NCBI GenBank assembly: GCA_016186365.1
Contig: JACPLT010000001.1
Location: 13,231-77,230, forward strand
Reading direction: 5' to 3'
Source of the DNA: Candidatus Pacearchaeota archaeon
GTDB taxonomy: Archaea; Nanobdellota; Nanobdellia; Pacearchaeales; GW2011-AR1
Length of the DNA stretch: 64,000 bases
A model generated the notes under the pieces. That model ran no database searches. It was not told where the DNA came from and saw nothing but the letters and a program-made list of their open reading frames with translations. Both the position numbers and the translations under genes were made by a program. Below, in pieces: positions 49,855-57,723 of the stretch. The first letter of the stretch is position 1. Every line of letters starts with the position of its first letter.

Positions 49855-50466
49855 TTATTCTTTGTATAGAAATACTCTGTTAATTTTAACTGATATTTTA
49901 AAATTATTAAATACTTTTAAGAATAAGCTAAGATTATCTATGTTGATTATTATGGCATTTTTGCCTATTCTTTTTCCCATATATTTTTCCACTAATCCAG
50001 AATAATGAGTTTTATGCTGGTTATATCCAAAAAGCTTTTTATTCAACATAACTCTTTTGGACTCTGGTTTTATGCTTCCCCATTCAAGTATCGCTTTATT
50101 TTCCCCGCTTTCAAGAACAGGAGAATAATGCTGGTAAAGAATAATTGAGCTTCCTAACATGCTGTCTTTTAATTTCCAATCTTTTAATTTCCCTGCAATA
50201 ATATTTATTTCATTTTTGACTCCCAGCGGCTTCCAATAATTTTTAAATTTTGTTGAATTATAAAATTTATCAAGAATTATATTCGTTTCTTTATCAATTG
50301 TTTTTTCTTCCTCAAAAACATCAATAAAAATATCAACATCGCTTTCTTTTCCCGCTTCTTCTCTTGCAGCGCTTCCAAATAATATTATCGACTTAATTTT
50401 ATCTTTATTGCTAAAATTTTGGATAAAAAAAGAAACAAAATCTATGGCATAACTTATTAATTCCAT
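49855..50466 (-). CDS. Minimal nucleotidyltransferase (MNT) with C-terminal extension
   Basis: IILFGSAAR...ESDVDIFID. Confidence 0.88.
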   Translation of the reverse strand: MELISYAIDFVSFFIQNFSNKDKIKSIILFGSAAREEAGKESDVDIFIDVFEEEKTIDKETNIILDKFYNSTKFKNYWKPLGVKNEINIIAGKLKDWKLKDSMLGSSIILYQHYSPVLESGENKAILEWGSIKPESKRVMLNKKLFGYNQHKTHYSGLVEKYMGKRIGKNAIIINIDNLSLFLKVFNNFKISVKINRVFLYKE

Positions 50467-50855
50467 TTTAACCCCTCTCTTTCGAATATTTCTTTTAGTT
50501 TATTAAAATCCTCTAGAACGGATAATATTATTTCAACTGGCTGTAATTTTCCATAGCACAGCATATTCCTTTTTGTCTCTATGTCTGCCAGTAATTTAAT
50601 TATCTCCAGTTTATTATTAAATTCAAATGGCAATCTCTCATTAGCTCTTCTTTCAGAGGAGAACCAATCATGCTTAATTGCTGTTCCTGGATTTATTAAA
50701 TTGTTTTTATGCAAAAAAACTTCTAGCATCTCTACAGAAGCTACTGAAATATTAAAACTTAAATTCCTTTGTCTATTTTGAATGCCTTTCTCTATACTTT
50801 CTTTTATTACTTCTAAGCTTTCATTTATATTCCTTAAGTGATCTTCTATTTTCAT
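50457..50855 (-). CDS. HEPN-like protein
   Basis: Helical; IKHDW; KRNMLCYG; overlaps the MNT start. Confidence 0.7.
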   Translation of the reverse strand: MKIEDHLRNINESLEVIKESIEKGIQNRQRNLSFNISVASVEMLEVFLHKNNLINPGTAIKHDWFSSERRANERLPFEFNNKLEIIKLLADIETKRNMLCYGKLQPVEIILSVLEDFNKLKEIFEREGLKWN

Positions 50856-50891
50856 AAATATCTCAAGTTGCAGGCATATTTAAACTTTTGC

Positions 50892-50948
50892 TACAATCGT
50901 AACTATACTTTAGTTACAATCGTAAACATTAAATTGCTACAATCGTAA
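50892..50948. promoter_or_regulatory. Three 11-bp direct repeats (tacaatcgtaa) at 23-bp spacing; putative operator
   Basis: Copies at 50892, 50915 and 50938, next to the TATA box of the HEPN-MNT operon. Confidence 0.6.
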
Positions 50949-51017
50949 CTAGAGACTTTTTGTGCAATAATTTAAATAGTTTTTTATTTTATTAGTGCTA
51001 AGGGAAGGAGATTTGAA

Positions 51018-51308
51018 ATGAAAAAAGATAATACTCATCAAGAGCAAATAGAAAGATGGGCAGAATATGTAAAGAATAATGAAAATTGGAGGCAAATTCA
51101 TACTAAATTTATTGACATGTCAAAAATTGGTTTATGCAAGCTCCTTGTTTTAACTCGTGAGAAAATAAAATCAATTTTTGAGCATGCTCAAGAACCAGTA
51201 TGGCGTACACGCCATACACTTCAGTGTATGGTTCTTGACAGCCAATTTGAGATTGCAAGGAAATTTTATAAAGATCTTGAGAAAACAGCAAAAGGAAGGG
51301 AGATATAG
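51018..51308 (+). CDS. Small hypothetical protein containing a 41-aa hairpin-element insertion
   Basis: ...HTKFID[MSKI...MVLD]SQFEIARKFY...; AAGGAG SD. Confidence 0.65.
   Translation: MKKDNTHQEQIERWAEYVKNNENWRQIHTKFIDMSKIGLCKLLVLTREKIKSIFEHAQEPVWRTRHTLQCMVLDSQFEIARKFYKDLEKTAKGREI
51118..51240. mobile_element. 123-bp two-module hairpin element, in-frame
   Basis: tgtcaaaaattg...caatttttgagca plus tgctcaagaacca...tggttcttgaca; ttgaca duplicated at 51112-51117 and 51235-51240. Confidence 0.82.
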
Positions 51309-51511
51309 AGAACTGCGTAGCTTGTATGACATTTATCCAGCAGTTCTCTATCTGTTTAACTGCACTAAATTGTCATCTAACTAATGCAGTTATCCATATT
51401 AAAAAAATTGAGGGAGGAAAAATTAAAAAATGACAAGTTATGATGTTATTGAAGTGTCAGAGATTTTCGCTGAAGCTCTAATCCCTGAACACTTCCAAAA
51501 CAAGGAGCAAA

Positions 51512-52279
51512 ATGACAAGTTATGATGTTATTGGAAGTATAGCAATACTGAAGTTTCCGAGGGGAATGAAGAAAAGCGAGAAGAAGAAAACAGCTTTGGA
51601 ATTGCTGGAAAAGCACAAAAATCTAAAAACTGTTGTTGAAAAGTCAGAAAAGGTAAGGGGAAGATTGAGGACGATAAAAACATTATTTCTTGCAGGAGAG
51701 AAAACAAAAGAGAGTATTCATAATGAATCTGGATGCAGGTTTAAATTAAATATTGAAAAGTGCTATTTTTCTCCTAGATTGAGCAATGAAAGAATAGAAG
51801 TTGCAAAAAAAATAGCAGAAGGGAGCAAGGTTTTGGTTTTATTTGCAGGGGTTTCTCCGTTTTCTATTGTTATTGGAAAAATTGCCAAGCCAGAAAAAAT
51901 TGTTTCTGTTGAGCTTGGAAGAGAGTGCTGCAGATATGGCAAAGAAAATGCCAGACTGAATAAACTTGAGAGAGTGGTGGAGATTGTTCAGGGAGATGTC
52001 AAGAAATTAAAAAAATTAATTAAAAAAAGAAAGTTTGATGTGATAGTTATGCCTCGTCCGCAACTTAAGGAAACTTTTCTTGCTTATATCTGGGAATTCT
52101 GCAAGAAAGATACAGAAATATTTTATTACGGATTTGGGAAGGATATTGAGGAAATAGTTTCAGAAATAGAGAAAGAGGCAGGGAAAGCTAAAAAGAAAAT
52201 CAGGATTATTGAAAAAAGAAATGCAGGAGATATTGCTCCGTATAGATATAGGTTTTTAGTTAGGTTTAAGTTAGTTTAA
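51512..52279 (+). CDS. Trm5/Tyw2-family tRNA SAM-dependent transferase (Met-10+ like)
   Basis: SYDVIGSIAI, HNESGCRFKL...YFSPRLSNER, LFAGVSPF, N..LN, GDV, MPRP. Confidence 0.88.
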   Translation: MTSYDVIGSIAILKFPRGMKKSEKKKTALELLEKHKNLKTVVEKSEKVRGRLRTIKTLFLAGEKTKESIHNESGCRFKLNIEKCYFSPRLSNERIEVAKKIAEGSKVLVLFAGVSPFSIVIGKIAKPEKIVSVELGRECCRYGKENARLNKLERVVEIVQGDVKKLKKLIKKRKFDVIVMPRPQLKETFLAYIWEFCKKDTEIFYYGFGKDIEEIVSEIEKEAGKAKKKIRIIEKRNAGDIAPYRYRFLVRFKLV

Positions 52280-52438
52280 GCCGTAATCTGCATATTGGCT
52301 TTCTACTTCGGAATCTAAATCTTCTTTGGAATCATGATATAACCTACTTCTTTCTGGTTCATATAAAGATATGGGAAGAGAATCTACATCTTCATATAAT
52401 CTGGAATCCTGATAATTCTGTGCTGGTTCTGCTGTCAT
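52271..52438 (-). CDS. Small acidic protein (55 aa)
   Basis: MTAEPAQNYQDSRLYEDVDSLPISLYEPERSRLYHDSKEDLDSEVESQYADYGLN; TTTAAA box about 25 bp upstream; not in the ORF track. Confidence 0.55.
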   Translation of the reverse strand: MTAEPAQNYQDSRLYEDVDSLPISLYEPERSRLYHDSKEDLDSEVESQYADYGLN

Positions 52439-52473
52439 ATTTTTCTTATTTTTAGCGGGTTTTTAAATATTAT

Positions 52474-52770
52474 TATTGAACCTTTAGGTGTGCGAGACCA
52501 GGACATATGTCCTGAACCTATACACTATTGAACCTTTAGAAGGCTTCAAGAACTTATGTTCTTGACAGTGCTCAGAAACTGAGAAAATTCCAGAAGAATT
52601 TTCGAGGTGCTCAGAAACTGAGAAAATTCCAGAAGAATTTTCGAGGTGCTCAAAAACCCAAACATATCTTACGCTTCAATGCAAGGTTTTTGACATGCAC
52701 GATATAAATAGCATTTCTGACATTCCCAACTCTCGTGCTTTCAGCACAAGTCAGCACTTTAAGTGCTGCT
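52474..52770. repeat. Nested cluster of hairpin modules with a 14-bp direct repeat and a 39-bp tandem duplication
   Basis: tattgaacctttag at 52474 and 52526; gtgctcagaaactgagaaaattccagaagaattttcgag twice (52568-52645); several TGCTCA..TGACA stems. Confidence 0.8.
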
Positions 52771-52793
52771 CGCCCCTAAGCTATATTCTCTTT

Positions 52794-53064
52794 TCAATCT
52801 TAATAGCAGTTAAACCTTTAGAAAAGGTTTCCAAACTATCAGTTAAAGTCGCTTTTCGACTTTAACTGCTGTTGGAGCCTCTCCGCAGGTACCCAACCGT
52901 CGTATTTCGCTATGCTCAATACAACTTGCAACCATAAAGGTTGCCTTTCTCCAACTGCTCAAATTCTTTTATCAATCTTAATCGCAGTTAAACCTTTAGA
53001 AAAGGTTTCCAAACTATCAGTTAAAGTCGCTTTTCGACTTTAACTGCTGTTGGAGCCTCTCCGC
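52794..53064. repeat. 93-bp direct repeat including the 3' end of the HerA-like gene
   Basis: 52794-52886 versus 52972-53064, one mismatch. Confidence 0.85.
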
Positions 53065-54754
53065 CGTGCCAGGTGAACTTGGGGCGGACTCGCATGGGAT
53101 AAATTCTTTCTGAATTGTCGTCGAGAATAATTGCTGAGCCCTTTAAACTCGGAAGTTCATCCATATATTTGTTTATGCTTGAATAAACATAAGACTGCAT
53201 TATTTCATTTAGTGCCTGAATATCCGGAAGGGCAGTAACTCTATGAGACAAGATTATATCTGCTTGTGTTATTGCATCTTTTGCAAGAGAGCCGGGCTGT
53301 TGTGTGGCCATAACTAGGCTTATTCCTGGCTGCCTTCCCTCTCTTAATAACTGGATTAAAGCATCTGTTGCAGGAGTTTTTCCATCATTGGGCAGGAATT
53401 CGTGAACTTCATCAATAAAAATCCAGACAAGAGGCATCTCCCTCTTTTGCTTGAATGAAAGATAGTCAATCCCATGCTGAACTGCCTGAACTTCTTCTGT
53501 TTTTCTTGACAGCATTCTTTCCTTGAAAAGCTTTTTTGATATCAAACTTATAACTAGAGCGCGAACATTAAATGCCCCTGTCGAGGAATACATGCTCAAA
53601 TCAAGAACTGAAGTTTCTCCTGCTTTTATCAGTTTGGAAATTTCTGTTTCCTGCTCTGAAAACACTTTCCAGGAATCTGCTGCTTCAAATAAACTTGAAG
53701 CAGAGTTTCTTGCATCAATTGTTGAGCTGTGTTCAGAATCTATTTTTTTAATTATGTCTTTTATTGAAAAATTTAGATTTTCTTCTTTCAGCGTGTTTAT
53801 CACTTTTTCTATCAAAACAGCAACTGGCTCGGTTATAGAGAGATTAAAAGTTGTTATCCAGTCTTCTGATTCCAATTCTTTTGGAGAAATTGAAAACTTT
53901 TCATCAACAGGAATCCCTCTTTTTTCATAATCTTCAAAATATCCCAATGGAATAAAAATTTTTACAGGCGTCTTTTTAGGCTTAAGTTTCCATTCTTCCA
54001 GCAAATCTTTTTCTTTTTCATTTTCGAATTTCATTGTCCAGAATACTCCCATTGTATCCAGTATAAGCCCTGCAATGTTTTCTCTTTCCTCTTGAGGCAG
54101 AGTTGCGAGTTCTTCTGCTATTACTCCCAGAGAATAAGACTTTCCCGAATTATGTGAAATAATTCCATTAGCAATAAATGAATGATTTTTATCTACAGAT
54201 AAATCATAAACTTTTTTTATCCCCTCTATAATTTTTATATTTTTTATCCTAACAGGAAATAAATCTGTAAAATTATTATTAACTGATATTAATTTATCTC
54301 CTTTATTTAATTTTTCTGCTTCCATCCATAGAAGAGATAACAATTTTTCTCCAGAAGTTATCAGCAGGGGGTGCTCTTTTGTCAGCTGCAGTTTTCTGCC
54401 GTCTTCTAATTCTATTTCTATAAGATTTTCACTTATAGGGTATTCTAATAACTCTGCATTTTCCCATTCAAACTTTTTTTCATCTTTGTTGAAAGAGAGA
54501 ATTTTGTTTTCTTTGTTAAAATCTTTTATCGGTAAATATCCTTTATCGGTAAAGATAGATGTTCCTTCAGTCAGACATCCTCTTTTTCCTGAAACCAGGA
54601 CTACATGGCTTCTTGCGATGTCCATATAAATCGGATTTGACAGCGAAGTATACTGCCCCATTTTTACGAAACCTTTTCCTAGATAAATCAACCCTCTTTT
54701 TTCGAACCTCTTTTTGTCTGAAGAATCTCTTCCTATGATTATATCATATGGCAT
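53021..54754 (-). CDS. HerA/DUF87-family ATPase with mini-intein
   Basis: Walker A SGKRG|..|SGKS, ILDTMG, Walker B FIDEVHEF, LREGRQPGISLVMATQQP. Confidence 0.9.
   Translation of the reverse strand: MPYDIIIGRDSSDKKRFEKRGLIYLGKGFVKMGQYTSLSNPIYMDIARSHVVLVSGKRGCLTEGTSIFTDKGYLPIKDFNKENKILSFNKDEKKFEWENAELLEYPISENLIEIELEDGRKLQLTKEHPLLITSGEKLLSLLWMEAEKLNKGDKLISVNNNFTDLFPVRIKNIKIIEGIKKVYDLSVDKNHSFIANGIISHNSGKSYSLGVIAEELATLPQEERENIAGLILDTMGVFWTMKFENEKEKDLLEEWKLKPKKTPVKIFIPLGYFEDYEKRGIPVDEKFSISPKELESEDWITTFNLSITEPVAVLIEKVINTLKEENLNFSIKDIIKKIDSEHSSTIDARNSASSLFEAADSWKVFSEQETEISKLIKAGETSVLDLSMYSSTGAFNVRALVISLISKKLFKERMLSRKTEEVQAVQHGIDYLSFKQKREMPLVWIFIDEVHEFLPNDGKTPATDALIQLLREGRQPGISLVMATQQPGSLAKDAITQADIILSHRVTALPDIQALNEIMQSYVYSSINKYMDELPSLKGSAIILDDNSERIYPMRVRPKFTWHGGEAPTAVKVEKRL
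54149..54577 (-). mobile_element. 143-aa mini-intein in the Walker A loop
   Basis: CLTEGT...LTKEHPLL...VYDLSV..NHSFIANGIISHN|S; no endonuclease. Confidence 0.93.
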
Positions 54755-54869
54755 AGCTAAAATAAAACTAAAGAATATATAAATGTTACACTAAACTTTC
54801 TGTTTGTCTTCTATAGACTTTATTACCATAAAGTTTTTAAACTACCTCTTTTTATTTTATCTACAAAAA

Positions 54870-55910
54870 ATGGCTGAAGAAAAAACAAAAGAGCATAAAT
54901 CTGGGAAAAAATCTGAGTCTGAAATAGAAAAAATTGAGAATGAAATTCAGCATGAAGTCAAGGAAGCGAGTTCTGAAGTGAGAAAAAATCCGTGGATGGT
55001 TGCAACTGTTTTGCTGGCGATTGTTTCATTGATATTACTTTATTTTGTATTCCAGTCTGGAGGATCTTTATCAGGACAGGAAGCAGGAACAAAATTAGTA
55101 GAATATCTTAATACAAAAACAGGGGGAGGAGTTGAATATAATTCAAGTGAAGAAGTTTCAGGGTTATACTTGGTAAATGTTATGTATAAGGAAGAAGAAA
55201 TACCTGTTTATACAACAAAAGATGGCAAATATTTTATTCAGTCATTAATTCCAATGGAAGAATCTGTTTCTGATACAACTGATAATACTCCTATAGAAGT
55301 TCCTAAATCTGACAAGCCAAAAGTTGAGGCATTTGTATTTTCATATTGTCCTTATGGGTTGCAATTTGAAAAAGCATTGCTGCCTGTTTATAAAATATTA
55401 AAAGATAAAGCAGATATTGACATTGTCTTTATCGGAGCGATGCATGGAGAATATGAAAAAGTTGAATCTTTAAGGCAGTTATGTGTTAAGAAGCTTTATG
55501 GAAATGACAAATTATGGAGTTATCTCGAGCAGTTTAATGCTGATACTAAAATTGGAGCTTGTGGAAGCGATGCAAATTGTTCTGTTCCTTTTATTGATGC
55601 TATATACACAAAAGCAGGAATTGACAAGACAAGAGTTAATACCTGCATGAAGAATGATGCTGAAGCATTATATCAAGCGGATGTTGATAAGGCTAATTCA
55701 CTAGGAATATCAGGAAGTCCTACATTTGTTATAAACGATGTTGAAACACAGTCAGGAAGAAGTCCAAGTGAAGTTCAGGCAGTAATATGCTCTGCATTTA
55801 ATAGTGCTCCAGAAGAATGCAATCAGACTTTATCTAACCAGCAGGCAACAGCAGGATTTGGAACAGGAACTTCTGCTTCAAGTTCATCTGCTGCTAATTG
55901 TGCAGTATAA
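54870..55910 (+). CDS. Membrane-anchored DsbA/thioredoxin-fold protein
   Basis: TM; FVFSYCPYG (monothiol); GISGSPTFVIN; start at MAEEK. Confidence 0.85.
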   Translation: MAEEKTKEHKSGKKSESEIEKIENEIQHEVKEASSEVRKNPWMVATVLLAIVSLILLYFVFQSGGSLSGQEAGTKLVEYLNTKTGGGVEYNSSEEVSGLYLVNVMYKEEEIPVYTTKDGKYFIQSLIPMEESVSDTTDNTPIEVPKSDKPKVEAFVFSYCPYGLQFEKALLPVYKILKDKADIDIVFIGAMHGEYEKVESLRQLCVKKLYGNDKLWSYLEQFNADTKIGACGSDANCSVPFIDAIYTKAGIDKTRVNTCMKNDAEALYQADVDKANSLGISGSPTFVINDVETQSGRSPSEVQAVICSAFNSAPEECNQTLSNQQATAGFGTGTSASSSSAANCAV

Positions 55911-55963
55911 TTTTATTTTTAATCTCTCATGATCCTATTAAATTAAAGGTGGAAGGGGGAAAG

Positions 55964-56287
55964 ATGAAATTTGGGATTATAATTAGCACAAACGAACCAG
56001 AAATGGTGTGGAATGCTTTTAGATTTGGAGTTACCGCCTTAAATTCAAACCACAATGTAAAAGTTTTTCTAATAAATAAAGGTGTTGAAGTTGAAGATAT
56101 CCCAAGCGAAAAATATAATATAAAAGAACAAATTGACATGTTCATTAAAAATAAGGGGCAAATACTGGCTTGCGGAACTTGCTTAAAGTTAAGGCAAAAA
56201 GAAGGAGCGAATATATGCCCTATTTCAACTATGAAAGATTTGTTAAAATTAGTTGAAGAATCTGATAAGATTATAACATTTGGCTAA
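55964..56287 (+). CDS. DsrE/DsrF-like protein
   Basis: WNAFRF...VFL..KGVE...ACGTCLK.R...CPISTM.DL..LVEESDK. Confidence 0.88.
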   Translation: MKFGIIISTNEPEMVWNAFRFGVTALNSNHNVKVFLINKGVEVEDIPSEKYNIKEQIDMFIKNKGQILACGTCLKLRQKEGANICPISTMKDLLKLVEESDKIITFG

Positions 56288-56301
56288 TCCTAAAATTATT
56301 T

Positions 56302-57462
56302 TCAGCCTTTTTTTAAGTAATCAATTTCTTCTGGCTCTAGCTTTAGCTCTTCTATTGCTTTTGTATTTTTAAGAAGAAGTTTTATCATGGGAAAGTCTTT
56401 CATTGCCCGTTTTATTGAGATATGACAGTATTCTGCATATTTTTCTGCAATTGTTTTTCTGTACTTTTGAGCTTGATTTTTCATCCATATTTTGAGAATT
56501 CTTGTCGGACGTTTATATGAAACAAAGCCAGTCTTAACACTTTTTTTAGATGCTGCAATGCCTGCGGATAAAAGCAGGTTTTGATATATAAGGAATCTCC
56601 AGTGCTGTTGCCTGTGAATTCTTCCCCTGAATACATCTGCCCGGCTTATCTTATCGAACGCATTATATATTTCTTCTCCTCTGTATTCTGCAGGGATATT
56701 TTCCTCAAGCCAGAGAAGAATTTCATCTAATGGCATGTCTACTTTATCATAAAGATTAATCGTCTCGCTGTTAGGCTTATTCTGGAGAATTATTTTTAGT
56801 ACATTGAATATTTTTTCTTCTTTGTCTCTTTCATGTATATCTTCATTCTTTGTCTCTAAACCAATTGTCTGCAAGTCATTTATAGCGGCTCTTACATCTC
56901 CCCTTGCTTTTATTGCTATGTTAAGAAGCAAATCCTCTTGTACAGACATACCCTCTTTTTTTGCTATATCTTTTATTATTTCAAATATTGTTCTGTAGCC
57001 TAATTCTTTCAGCTCGACTAACTCTGCTTTTTTTCTTAACTCGCTGAATTTTGAGTCCCAAATCTTGTTGGCAGTGATTATCATCGGAAAGTTTGTTATT
57101 TCTATCAGTCTTATCAGTTCTGTCAGCCCCCCCCTGTCGTCAGAATTTACTCCATCTACTTCATCTATAAGAAGAATTTTATTTTTTGCAAAAAGAGAAG
57201 ACTGCTGGCTGGCTTCTCCTATTATCTGGTTTATTTTTTCTTTATTTCTTAAATCCGAAGCATTCAGCTCGAGAATTTCTGATTTTAGCTCTAGGGCAAG
57301 AGCATAAGCCAGAGAGGTTTTTCCTGTTCCTGGGGGGCCGTGCAGTATTATTGCTTTTTTTTGAGGGAAATTTTTTATAAAATATTTTAATTTTTCTATG
57401 TTAAAATCCTGCCCTTTTATATCAATAAAACAACCTGCTTTGTATTTTTCGCATAATCCCAT
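56302..57462 (-). CDS. rfcL: Replication factor C large subunit
   Basis: [49 protein letters not shown]. Confidence 0.92.
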   Translation of the reverse strand: MGLCEKYKAGCFIDIKGQDFNIEKLKYFIKNFPQKKAIILHGPPGTGKTSLAYALALELKSEILELNASDLRNKEKINQIIGEASQQSSLFAKNKILLIDEVDGVNSDDRGGLTELIRLIEITNFPMIITANKIWDSKFSELRKKAELVELKELGYRTIFEIIKDIAKKEGMSVQEDLLLNIAIKARGDVRAAINDLQTIGLETKNEDIHERDKEEKIFNVLKIILQNKPNSETINLYDKVDMPLDEILLWLEENIPAEYRGEEIYNAFDKISRADVFRGRIHRQQHWRFLIYQNLLLSAGIAASKKSVKTGFVSYKRPTRILKIWMKNQAQKYRKTIAEKYAEYCHISIKRAMKDFPMIKLLLKNTKAIEELKLEPEEIDYLKKG

Positions 57463-57502
57463 TATAAAACTAAAATAATTGTGTTTATAAATTTCGTTGT
57501 GC

Positions 57503-57667
57503 TGTTAAGTATGTAATCAAATTTAACATCTACCCCTTTGTCCCAAGATTAATTAATAGCAGGAATTTTATTATTCCTCCCTATTAATGAGGGGGAAAAA
57601 TCAAATTCTCTGGAAATAATAGTTTTATTGGGAGGGGGAAATGTTAAACTTTATAGTTTACTTAATA
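57503..57667. mobile_element. MITE copy A (165 bp), TGTTAAGTA ends, 5-bp TSD
   Basis: tgtgc|tgttaagta...tacttaata|tgtgc; homologous to the reverse complement of 60909-61139. Confidence 0.78.
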
Positions 57668-57723
57668 TGTGCTATAAAATACAAAAATAACCCTTGGATA
57701 AATATTTATAAACTATATTTTCT

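Noticed and set aside
52781-53064. Diversity-generating retroelement template/variable repeat
   Set aside because: No reverse transcriptase in the window and the differences are not adenine-specific
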